Positions 37,386 to 45,810 of a DNA stretch of 64,000 nt are shown one piece after another. Made by a program: the position numbers and the translations under genes. How positions within the stretch are numbered: position 1 is the stretch's first letter; every line of letters begins with the position of its first letter. The stretch comes from a virus: IMG/VR virus record IMGVR_UViG_3300028800_000002, positions 32,001 to 96,000 of that record. One strand, written 5' to 3'. Below the pieces are notes generated by a model, which saw only the letters and a list, made by a program, of their open reading frames with translations, ran no database searches and was not told the origin of the DNA.

Positions 37386-39440
37386 CTACTTGGCTGCCCC
37401 CCAGGATGGCCCAGACCCCACATCTGCAAGTAGTGGAACTCCGATGTCGGTTGGGAACGGGTGCGCCATCCACTCATTGATGCGGGCTTTGACGATCTCT
37501 GTGTACTCCTTGGGGCATGTACCGATGATTTCATCATGTACTTGCATGCGCATCCGGAACCCATACTTGTGCTCGAGTTCACCGTCCTCGCTGATGTTGA
37601 TCATGGCCATTTTACAAACTTCGGCAGCAGTGCCCTGGATAGGCATGTTGGAGGCTTGTCGTTCAGCCCTGAAGCGCTGGTAGTCGCGCTTGGCCCAGAT
37701 GTCTGGAAGGCTTCTTCGGCGCCCAAGTAGTGTGAAGGCATAGCCGCATTCGCGTACCTCCTCGATAGCGGTATCGAAGTAGGCACGTACCGCAGGGTAG
37801 GTGGCCATGTACCGTTCGATCTTCTTCTCGGCTTCTTCCACGGTGCAGCCCATGCGCAGTGCCATGGCTTTGGCTTTCATGCCGTAGTTGAGGCCGAACC
37901 CGATATTCTTCACGTCGCTGCGTGCGTTGAGGCATTCCCAAACACGTGCAGTGAGCGCAGTCTCTGGCAGCTTGCCCTTTTTGACCTGCTTGGAGATGGC
38001 GGTGGCCTCTACGATTTCCTCGTAGGGGATGTTGTACATGAGCACAGCATTGCCGGTGTGGATGTCCCAGTTCTTGTGGAAGATCTCCATCATGGCAGGT
38101 TCTTGTGCCGCGGCCGCTAGTAGTCGCATTTCTAATTGGGAGTAGTCAGCCACCACCATGTCTTCGTCAGCTTCACAGATAAAGGCATTGCGCAGGTGGA
38201 ACCTGTCCTTCTCGCCTGTGGTGACGTTCTGCATGTTCGGGTCGCTCGAGGATAGACGCCCAGTGCGCGCTACGTCTTGGTTGAGCCTCGAGTGCACGCA
38301 ATCATTTGAGTCTAGTCGTCCAGGCATTTTCTCGATGTACGTGCTGTACTGCTTGGAAATGGCACCGTGCTCTACGAGAAATGCTGCTACCTTCCCAAAG
38401 TCCTCGTCGGGGTATTCCTCTGCCACGTAGGTCAAGTACTTGGTGTCGATGGAGGGCTTTTTGACTCCAGACTTGCCCCCTTTGGTCATCTTGTGCGGTG
38501 TGAGCCGGCACTCGTCGATGAAGTATTTGGCTAGGTCTGGGCCTGCTGTCTTCATCATGCGCCCGGTGAGGCCATTGATCTTGAATCGAAGTTGCTCGAG
38601 GCTCTTGATGATTTCTGGTGAGATCTTCTCTAGGTAGCCCCTATCAACCTTGAGCCCATTGCGTTCGCAGCGGTAAAGCACACGAGTGAAGGGGACCTCG
38701 GTTTGGTAGAAGTAGTCGTGCATTGACTTGATGCCGGGCCAGGTGTCTGGGTACAGGCTGTGCGTTAGTGCATCCTCTAGCTCTTTGTCCAGAAGTTGCT
38801 TGAGCTTCCACGTGGCATAGGCGTCATTTGCGGCATAGTCCACGAGCAGATCTGGGTTGTCCTTTTCAGCCCTACGCAGCACATCGAGCGACGTAATCTG
38901 CCTGTATTCCATGCATCCAGTGCGCTTGCACCAATTGCCGTCGGGTCCGTGCGAGGCCTTTGTTCCACCACAAGCGCAGGTGTTGCTCCGCACGCTTCCG
39001 AAAGTGTTGGTGAAGTCGGACCACTTCCATCCGAACAGCGACGCCGTCATGTCCTTTAGACCGTGCGGTTCTTCCTCATACAACAGTGCGTGCATCACAG
39101 AGACGTCGACAAGCTTGCCCCGAAGCTGGAACCCAGCGTTGGCAAACATGTGCGCGTCGAACTTGGCATTGACTAGTGCCCAACTGCGCTCGTAGTCATT
39201 GAAAATGTACTTGAATGCCGGGAACGTATCAGCATTCAGGGTTACACGGCGGTCGCGCCCATTGGAGCTGTTCCAGCTGATGGACCAGTAGTAAGGGCGA
39301 CAATGGACGATGGAGAGACCATCCGTCTCAGTATCAATTGCTATCGTGCGGTTGTCTTGTATTTCCCGCACTAGCCCGTCTAGGCTTGGGCTTTGTATAT
39401 GATAGTACTCGGCTTCAGGGAGTTGTATGTTCCAGCCCAT
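37386..39440 (-). CDS. polA: Family A DNA polymerase with 3'-5' exonuclease
   Basis: AIDTET (ExoI), motif A ADYSQLEMR, motif B KNIGFGLNYG, motif C QVHDEI. Start revised to MGWNIQL at 39440. Confidence 0.95.
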   Translation of the reverse strand: MGWNIQLPEAEYYHIQSPSLDGLVREIQDNRTIAIDTETDGLSIVHCRPYYWSISWNSSNGRDRRVTLNADTFPAFKYIFNDYERSWALVNAKFDAHMFANAGFQLRGKLVDVSVMHALLYEEEPHGLKDMTASLFGWKWSDFTNTFGSVRSNTCACGGTKASHGPDGNWCKRTGCMEYRQITSLDVLRRAEKDNPDLLVDYAANDAYATWKLKQLLDKELEDALTHSLYPDTWPGIKSMHDYFYQTEVPFTRVLYRCERNGLKVDRGYLEKISPEIIKSLEQLRFKINGLTGRMMKTAGPDLAKYFIDECRLTPHKMTKGGKSGVKKPSIDTKYLTYVAEEYPDEDFGKVAAFLVEHGAISKQYSTYIEKMPGRLDSNDCVHSRLNQDVARTGRLSSSDPNMQNVTTGEKDRFHLRNAFICEADEDMVVADYSQLEMRLLAAAAQEPAMMEIFHKNWDIHTGNAVLMYNIPYEEIVEATAISKQVKKGKLPETALTARVWECLNARSDVKNIGFGLNYGMKAKAMALRMGCTVEEAEKKIERYMATYPAVRAYFDTAIEEVRECGYAFTLLGRRRSLPDIWAKRDYQRFRAERQASNMPIQGTAAEVCKMAMINISEDGELEHKYGFRMRMQVHDEIIGTCPKEYTEIVKARINEWMAHPFPTDIGVPLLADVGSGPSWGAAK

Positions 39441-39446
39441 AGAATG

Positions 39447-39476
39447 AAAAGGGGGCCTCCCGTAAAGAAGGCCCCC
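39447..39476 (-). terminator. Terminator-like hairpin between ssb and polA
   Basis: GGGGGCCT..AGGCCCCC followed by TTTT on the - strand, 6 nt before the polA ATG. Confidence 0.65.
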
Positions 39477-39489
39477 ACTCCTGTGTTTG

Positions 39490-40734
39490 TTATTCTGGCA
39501 AGTAGTCGTCAGCGTCAATGGCAGATGGTTCGGCGTCTAATTCATCTGCTGGCTCTTCATGCGAGACCATGCTGGAGCGAGTTACTGGCGTCCTAGGTAT
39601 TTGCGCCTCTTCGTCTTCAGGAGGCAGTCCAAATGTCTTTTCCTGTTCAGCTAGCGGTGTCGGTGCGAATATCTTCTTCAGGTCGAGGGGCTTTCGAAGA
39701 TCTTCTCCATACTTGGCTGGAAGAGGCCGTGGTCCGATGGCTCGTAGTATCTGCAGTGCTGTCTGCTTTCCACCCCCATCTGAGTTGGGGACACGCTTGA
39801 CTTCTAGGTCGAAGTCAAAGAGCGTCGCCGATTCCGGCTTGGAGCATCCCGAGCATTCAATCATGCTCTCGAGGAACCCGTTGTGTTTGCAGTGCGGGCA
39901 TTGAACTGCCTCGTCCCGCATTCGGATTAGCTCCTCGTCACTGAGCGCTGTTTCCGCCATGACCACGATAGCTTCCCCGCAATTCTGGCAGAGTAGTGCG
40001 ATCTCGCTGATAGTGTTGTTACCCCCGCATGTACGGCAGTGGCGGGCCAGCGTGTCTTCATACTCTGTGAGTACTCGGAAGTGCCCGTAGCTCAAGGACC
40101 AGTGTTGACGATGTCCTTCCTTTCTCTTGTATCCTGCCGCGGCGTATTCGTCATTGCCGCGCACCGAGCCTTTTCTCCAATCGGTGTATGGCTCTTTGGT
40201 ATTGGGGTTGATGCGTAGCTGCTTGGTTACATTGTCGATTTGAGGCACCTGGTAGAACGGAGCTTCAACGACTACAGTAAATGCCCACTTGTCCCCGCGG
40301 CTCATGGCCTTGGGGTGATCTTTGTCACCTGTGATTTGACGTTGTCGCCACTCCCACCAGTACCAGTCTGCCGCGATGCATGGATCGCCCTTACCCTTGA
40401 ATTCCCCTAATGCGCCTTCAGATCCGATACAACCACGTTTCTTTCCACCGTGGAAGTAGTTGATGTACCGGTAAAAGGGGTACACCATTTCAACGACCTT
40501 ACCCGTCTCGTCGTATAGGTAATCCCGGTTGTCTTGGTCCACCACCGGCATTGCGAATTCACCGGGGATGAGGCGGATGATGTCCGAGGGTCCTGTGACG
40601 GGAGGCTCATACCGGTTGACGAAGTACGGTGCAGCTCTGCCACCTCCAGTCTTTGGTGCCCGTTTGGAGCCCATGCGCATTTTCTGGCGCAGGCTCATTT
40701 TCTTCAGTGCTTCGTTGTTTTTACCAAATGCCAT
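39490..40734 (-). CDS. Probable gp32-type ssDNA-binding protein with double Zn-ribbon insertion
   Basis: IIRLIPG, aromatic OB-like core, four CxxC pairs, acidic C-tail; lies between polA and primase. Confidence 0.6.
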   Translation of the reverse strand: MAFGKNNEALKKMSLRQKMRMGSKRAPKTGGGRAAPYFVNRYEPPVTGPSDIIRLIPGEFAMPVVDQDNRDYLYDETGKVVEMVYPFYRYINYFHGGKKRGCIGSEGALGEFKGKGDPCIAADWYWWEWRQRQITGDKDHPKAMSRGDKWAFTVVVEAPFYQVPQIDNVTKQLRINPNTKEPYTDWRKGSVRGNDEYAAAGYKRKEGHRQHWSLSYGHFRVLTEYEDTLARHCRTCGGNNTISEIALLCQNCGEAIVVMAETALSDEELIRMRDEAVQCPHCKHNGFLESMIECSGCSKPESATLFDFDLEVKRVPNSDGGGKQTALQILRAIGPRPLPAKYGEDLRKPLDLKKIFAPTPLAEQEKTFGLPPEDEEAQIPRTPVTRSSMVSHEEPADELDAEPSAIDADDYLPE

Positions 40735-40775
40735 TTGTTCTGCTTTCTATTGCCACTCTGGGCGTTCTATCAATG

Positions 40776-41756
40776 TCACTCTGTGACCATGATTTCTTGG
40801 TAACTTACTGCGTTTGCGATTAGCGACGGGATGTCCTCGAGAGGAACATCCGTGGGCTGAGGGTAGTCATACTCCACAATCCGCACGTGTGCTGAATGAA
40901 TTGCGAGCTCTTTGCTTACTTTGATGAACCCGTCGACGCCGGCATCGTCGTTGTCCAACATGAGAATGTAGGAGTCACCCATCTTCTCAAGCATCCACTT
41001 CTGCTCCCAACTCATGGTCTTGGTCATCAAGGCCACTACATTGGGGATGCCGGCCTGTGTGAGCCACATGCAAGCCTTGAATCCTTCTACGATAACGATG
41101 ACCGGGTCAATGAGCATTTGCACTTCCGCATAGACTCGGTGTGCATTCCAGAGCAGGTGGCTTTTTTCTGTGTCGTAGGCAGGGAGATCCCAGGCCTTGT
41201 ACTCTTCCTTGTAGATCTTGTACCGGCTACCGACCACATTTTCTGAGATGGCTCTGCCGCTGATACCCACCAGGTTGCCGGCTAAGTCACGCAGCGGGTA
41301 CGTGATCCTGCGGTGAACTGCGTCGACTCCCACGCCAAAGTCACGCAGTATTTCCTGCGAGAATCCATCAGCTAAAAGAGAACGCGGGCACTTATGGAAG
41401 ATGCCCAAGAGCTCTTCTGGTACCCGGCGATTGGTCTCCATGACGACCCCGGGTTTGGTTGGATCCGGAGGGGGTGGGGCATTTTTCTTCAGCTCATCGA
41501 GGGTGATCCCGTAATGGAATTGGATGTCCTGTTTGGACATACCCATCTTCGATAGGAAGCCTCGGAAGTTCCCCTTTTCCCCGCATGCGTAGCAGAGCCA
41601 AAGCCCAGTGTTGACGTCGATGGCAAAGGATGGGCTGGTGTCATCGTGAAACGGGCAGACGGCAACCAAGTTGTCAGGTCCCGCGTGGCGGACTTTGTGC
41701 AGCCGTTCGTATACTATCTGTTTTACTTGCGAGGTGGCATCAGATTCATAGGCCAT
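40776..41756 (-). CDS. dnaG: DnaG-like primase
   Basis: CHC2 finger CPFHDDTSPSF..CYAC; TOPRIM IVEG and LDNDDAG. Confidence 0.92.
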   Translation of the reverse strand: MAYESDATSQVKQIVYERLHKVRHAGPDNLVAVCPFHDDTSPSFAIDVNTGLWLCYACGEKGNFRGFLSKMGMSKQDIQFHYGITLDELKKNAPPPPDPTKPGVVMETNRRVPEELLGIFHKCPRSLLADGFSQEILRDFGVGVDAVHRRITYPLRDLAGNLVGISGRAISENVVGSRYKIYKEEYKAWDLPAYDTEKSHLLWNAHRVYAEVQMLIDPVIVIVEGFKACMWLTQAGIPNVVALMTKTMSWEQKWMLEKMGDSYILMLDNDDAGVDGFIKVSKELAIHSAHVRIVEYDYPQPTDVPLEDIPSLIANAVSYQEIMVTE

Positions 41757-43216
41757 TAGCGAGGCTTTCCGGCAAGGGTAGGCGTGGTGGCGAAGTGGAT
41801 AGGGTGGTCCTCTCTCTTTCTGGATTCGGAAGAGAGCTTTGACTTACTTGGTCCAGCAGCTTTTGCCAGCGCCGCCTGGCCGCTAGCCTTTTCGTCTTGT
41901 CTGTCGTCGCGAGCTTTTGCGCTTTCAATCTCCTTTGAGCTCAGGTTACGGATGTAGCTGAAGTCAGTTGCTGGTACACCGTAGATTTGGCAACCGTCGA
42001 AACGGAACTCGCGAGCACCGCCCACTACCATGGTGATCTTTGGCTTGTTGATGTCGGCATCTGGGTTGCCCTCGATCTCCTTTGGATCCTCATTGATAAC
42101 GCGGATGGCGGCTGTAACGTCCTGTCCGATAGCGTCTGAGTACGCTATTTCGTCGAGGTTCGCCCCTTTGTGCGCGGCTGCTGTGCGTGTGGCTTGCATG
42201 GTGACGACCAGAGGAGTTTTGGTTTCGAGGACCATCTGCCTGGCAGCCCTCGAGATGTTCTGGACTCGGAAGTTGTCCTTCTGTCCGCGTGATCCTTTGT
42301 TGTCGCTCATCAAGTAGAGACCGTCGATGAATACGATGTCCGGCTTGTAGCGCTTCACCTTGGAGGTCAACCATTCGATGGTGTCTCCGTTGTCGGTGTC
42401 TTTTCCGTCCAGACAAATCATGTCCTTGTTGTACCGGCGAACGTCCCTGGCTAACTCCAACAGCTGCGTTAGGCGAGCACGTTCGTAGTCCGACAGGCGT
42501 CCCATCCTGAAGTCTTGGTATGGCAATCGTTGTAGGCAGGCACCTACCCGTTTGAAGATGTTGTCTGCTGTCATTTCCTTGGTGTAGATCAATGGGACTT
42601 TCCCATCGTTGAACACATGGGCGATCATCTCGGCCAGAACCCAGGACTTTTTACTCTTTGGCCTGCCGTAGAGGACGATGTAGTCGTCCTGTTCAATGCC
42701 CCCCGATGCCACGTTGAATGGATCCCAGGGCCAAGTGCACACCGCCATATTGACCCCTGACTTCCGAAGGTCATGGTCAGTGATGGAGCGTTCGATGGAG
42801 TCTGCGAAGCTTACGTCATCGCGTTGGCCGTACCCAATGGACAGCACGTTTTGTTGAAGAAGATGTGCGCAGTTCGATGCTGTGACCACCGGATCGTCGT
42901 CCACATCGACGAGTGCTCGGGCGATTGACGCGTTGGTGCGCAGGTGGCGTTCCTTGCGAACCATCTTGAAGTACAACTCTAAGGTTGTTGTTGGATCATC
43001 GCAGAATACAAATTCAGGGAATTGGTCCTTTACAGCATTGATTCCCAACTGCCCGCCCCTATTCGAGCGGTCGCGATGTATTTGCTGCATCAGTTGAAAG
43101 ATGGCGACGCCTTCGCCTGTTTTGAAATCGTCTAGGCTAAGTCCTAGTTCCAGCGCTTTGTCTACAGCACCGTTCCTGATGATGTGACTTAGTAGCGCAT
43201 GTTCCTTGCTAGCCAT
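41756..43216 (-). CDS. dnaB: DnaB-like replicative helicase
   Basis: Walker A variant GRPKSKKS, TKEM, Walker B VFIDG, TMQATR, YSDAIGQD. Confidence 0.85.
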   Translation of the reverse strand: MASKEHALLSHIIRNGAVDKALELGLSLDDFKTGEGVAIFQLMQQIHRDRSNRGGQLGINAVKDQFPEFVFCDDPTTTLELYFKMVRKERHLRTNASIARALVDVDDDPVVTASNCAHLLQQNVLSIGYGQRDDVSFADSIERSITDHDLRKSGVNMAVCTWPWDPFNVASGGIEQDDYIVLYGRPKSKKSWVLAEMIAHVFNDGKVPLIYTKEMTADNIFKRVGACLQRLPYQDFRMGRLSDYERARLTQLLELARDVRRYNKDMICLDGKDTDNGDTIEWLTSKVKRYKPDIVFIDGLYLMSDNKGSRGQKDNFRVQNISRAARQMVLETKTPLVVTMQATRTAAAHKGANLDEIAYSDAIGQDVTAAIRVINEDPKEIEGNPDADINKPKITMVVGGAREFRFDGCQIYGVPATDFSYIRNLSSKEIESAKARDDRQDEKASGQAALAKAAGPSKSKLSSESRKREDHPIHFATTPTLAGKPR

Positions 43217-43249
43217 GCTGCGGTCTCCGTTGCTGAAAAGGGGAAGTGA

Positions 43250-43340
43250 TACTGCGATTAGGCCAAGGTGACGTCAACCTAATCGCAGTAGACCACAACA
43301 TGTTGTGCATGTTGTCACGTATGGCACCAAGCGCTGGTGC
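43250..43340. repeat. Cluster of three inverted repeats
   Basis: 13-bp perfect inverted repeat at 43250-43262/43278-43290; 14-bp palindrome at 43294-43307; 6-bp hairpin at 43324-43340. Confidence 0.85.
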
Positions 43341-43341
43341 G

Positions 43342-43677
43342 TTAGACTGATGGAGCTTCGTTAGCAGTAGTTGCGTGCTCGCCTATTCCTTCAGGCGGCT
43401 TGCTGGCTAACGAACCAAAGGCAGTCGGGGATGCTGAGTCGGTTACGAAGACTACCTCTGCGATATCCTGCTCCATGCAGTCCTTTAGGTGCGCCAACGC
43501 CTCCATGGTATCTTTCGACCATCTGGAATGGACGCTGGTTTCTCCATAGGTGTTACCAGTTTTCATGTTTACGAAGGCAGCGTGCCCAGTGAGGCTAGGG
43601 GCAGCGCTGGCGAAACTTATCGCATCGATGTCGAGTAGCGTAACGGCGTCAAACGCCGGTGTTCCTTGTACTGGCAT
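43342..43677 (-). CDS. Hypothetical protein
   Basis: Packed in the replication operon. Confidence 0.6.
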   Translation of the reverse strand: MPVQGTPAFDAVTLLDIDAISFASAAPSLTGHAAFVNMKTGNTYGETSVHSRWSKDTMEALAHLKDCMEQDIAEVVFVTDSASPTAFGSLASKPPEGIGEHATTANEAPSV

Positions 43678-43679
43678 GG

Positions 43680-43976
43680 TTACCCTGTCTTGCTTCCGTT
43701 GAATTCCGCCCAGCTGTCGCGGAGGAGCTCAAGCGCTTTTGCAAATGCAAGCTCCCCCGCCTTATTGATGACTGCTTCCCTTTGGTCACAGGCCAGGCTG
43801 ACTGTGACCGAGACTTTCATGGAGCCGAAATCTAGGCTCTCCGATAGACCGATGGCTACTCGGGCTGGGTCCTTTGCACCCTTGGAAAGCAACTTTGTGT
43901 AGGCGTCTCCGGTGATTTGCCCAGTCTCAGAGACAGCGCCCTCAGCCCCTTCTCTGACTTTGCTGTAGTTGCTCAT
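43680..43976 (-). CDS. Hypothetical protein
   Basis: ATGA-coupled start MSNYSK. Confidence 0.6.
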   Translation of the reverse strand: MSNYSKVREGAEGAVSETGQITGDAYTKLLSKGAKDPARVAIGLSESLDFGSMKVSVTVSLACDQREAVINKAGELAFAKALELLRDSWAEFNGSKTG

Positions 43977-44446
43977 ACGATGTTGATTGGGTCGGGCTTG
44001 TGGTAGCTGCGGCTGACTGTTCTGAAGTACTGGATGCACTCCTTGGGTATCTTGCCGTTGGCAATTGCGGCGTCTACGATGGCTGGGTCGACCTTGAGCA
44101 CTTCAACTTTGCTCGTTGATCCACCGCATTGTAGAAATAGTTCTTCGCCAATCTCGTCACGCATCTTAGCTGCATCGTACTTGGTACTGACCGAGAAGTT
44201 CTCGAAAGGACCGCAGGTAACTTCTCTTGTCCGCACTACATTTGAGGCTATCTCTAGCGCTGTGTTGTATCGATCAACTAGATCAGCTAATCGAATGAAG
44301 ACCTCAGGGTTTTCCGCCTTGATGGCTTCAATTTCCTGTCGTAGGTCGACCACCTCCTGTACTTCTGGGATTTCCGTGATCGGGATCCGTTGGGCTTTCG
44401 TAGGAGTGGGACCACTTGTAATTGCACCGCGTTTTTTACTGGCCAT
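43973..44446 (-). CDS. Hypothetical protein
   Basis: SD GAGGA; N-terminal coiled coil. Confidence 0.65.
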   Translation of the reverse strand: MASKKRGAITSGPTPTKAQRIPITEIPEVQEVVDLRQEIEAIKAENPEVFIRLADLVDRYNTALEIASNVVRTREVTCGPFENFSVSTKYDAAKMRDEIGEELFLQCGGSTSKVEVLKVDPAIVDAAIANGKIPKECIQYFRTVSRSYHKPDPINIV

Positions 44447-45341
44447 TATTCTCGTCCTCTATTTCCATCTCATCAAGTATGTCCTCAGGGACGTCCATTG
44501 CGTAGGATTCAGGGATTACTCCTTCAGTCTCTTCGTAGTAACGGTCGTAGATCATCTTTGCCAAGAGCATGTCGCTCGTGAACTCACGGAAGATGTTCCC
44601 ATCGGTTGTGTCGTGCCTACTGTCGTACACCGTGGCAATGTCAAAGGTTGGAACCATGATGTATCGAACCTTGTTCTGTTCGATTGGAGTTACCCTGACT
44701 CCTTTGACTACTCTCCCCCATTCGTGCTTCTTTGGGGAGACTATTGCGCGCGACCCAGCGCCGGGTATCTGCACTTCCAGTGGGTTGCCGCGAAGCTTTT
44801 TGATATTCACGGAATACCCAGCTAAGAAAGAAGCGGCTGGTTGCCCCATGGCCACGATGATGATCGGGTCGATGCTGTAGATTTCTTGAAATAAGCGCGG
44901 GGAGCACTTCTCAAGTTGTGCAGCTGTCGGCGGTTGCTCTTGGTAAATGATTCCTCCAGGTCTCCCATTTCTCTCTGGATACATCTTGGGAGATCCGTCA
45001 TTTCCTAGGACTGGGGCACATGCTCTGCAGGCGGTCAGGTTGGTGATGTAGTAGTTTTTTATGCGGTAGTGGTCCATGCATTTGCGCAATAGGCGACCAC
45101 CCTTGTCATCGATGTATGGCCTCCCATAGCGCTCGTCGATGTTGCTAGGACTTCTGCCCAGGAATAGGATTCCGCGCTCTTTACCTTCCCCGAATACTAC
45201 CTGCCCGGCGTTGGCCTGCCGTTGCTTTCCTAGCTCGCATTTACTGCAGTTACCCCACTCTTGTTCCAGCACTTGAATGGGTTTGCTGAAGTCTGGGATG
45301 AAAGCAGGCGTTTCGCTACCGATTGATGAGTCCTCTGCCAT
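44436..45341 (-). CDS. Family-4 uracil-DNA glycosylase-like Fe-S protein with degenerate catalytic motifs
   Basis: CSKC..VVFGEG..ILFLGRSP..GRPY..YITN..ACR..PIIIVAMG; the HP motif B is not recognisable. Confidence 0.75.
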   Translation of the reverse strand: MAEDSSIGSETPAFIPDFSKPIQVLEQEWGNCSKCELGKQRQANAGQVVFGEGKERGILFLGRSPSNIDERYGRPYIDDKGGRLLRKCMDHYRIKNYYITNLTACRACAPVLGNDGSPKMYPERNGRPGGIIYQEQPPTAAQLEKCSPRLFQEIYSIDPIIIVAMGQPAASFLAGYSVNIKKLRGNPLEVQIPGAGSRAIVSPKKHEWGRVVKGVRVTPIEQNKVRYIMVPTFDIATVYDSRHDTTDGNIFREFTSDMLLAKMIYDRYYEETEGVIPESYAMDVPEDILDEMEIEDENNGQ

Positions 45342-45810
45342 TCTGGTCTCCAGGCAAGTTTGTAGCCAGCACAATGTTGGAGTTACGTGCGCTGCGCTCT
45401 TTGGCTGCTGCCTCCGCTGAGTCTATCGCCTTTTTGATGAAGTCCTTGTACTGGGTGTAGTCTCCGCCTTTTGCGTCAAGGTCCTCAAGGTAGTACAGTT
45501 GCGCTCCCGTTAGATTGAACTGCACCGGGCATGGGCAGAGCGTTGAATCCATCCTGGACGAGTAATGAAGTTTGCCCATGCGTGTTCCACCGCTTTGTAG
45601 TGGTGTCATTTGCATCGGGCACCCGTAGTCAAAGCACGTGAGGCACTTGAGAAGCCCACCGCGCCCATGGACTTCATCGATGTATTCTCGCGATCCGATA
45701 GCCTGTGCGATGAACTTCCCAGTAGTGCAAGTGAGAATTACCCAATGCACTTTTATGGCTGCCGTCTCGGTACCCATAGATCTGTTGTCTGCTGCGCTGC
45801 TTGATTCCAT
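45316..45810 (-). CDS. Hypothetical protein
   Basis: Operon packing; start uncertain (45810 or 45777). Confidence 0.55.
   Translation of the reverse strand: MESSSAADNRSMGTETAAIKVHWVILTCTTGKFIAQAIGSREYIDEVHGRGGLLKCLTCFDYGCPMQMTPLQSGGTRMGKLHYSSRMDSTLCPCPVQFNLTGAQLYYLEDLDAKGGDYTQYKDFIKKAIDSAEAAAKERSARNSNIVLATNLPGDQNGRGLINR

Noticed and set aside
39441-39518. N-terminal extension of PolA given by the ORF track
   Set aside because: It runs through the ssb stop and a terminator hairpin; MGWNIQL at 39440 is the more plausible start.
37386-43216. Inteins or introns in PolA, primase or helicase
   Set aside because: Lengths and motif spacing are ordinary; no LAGLIDADG/HNH or C..HN splice signatures were seen.
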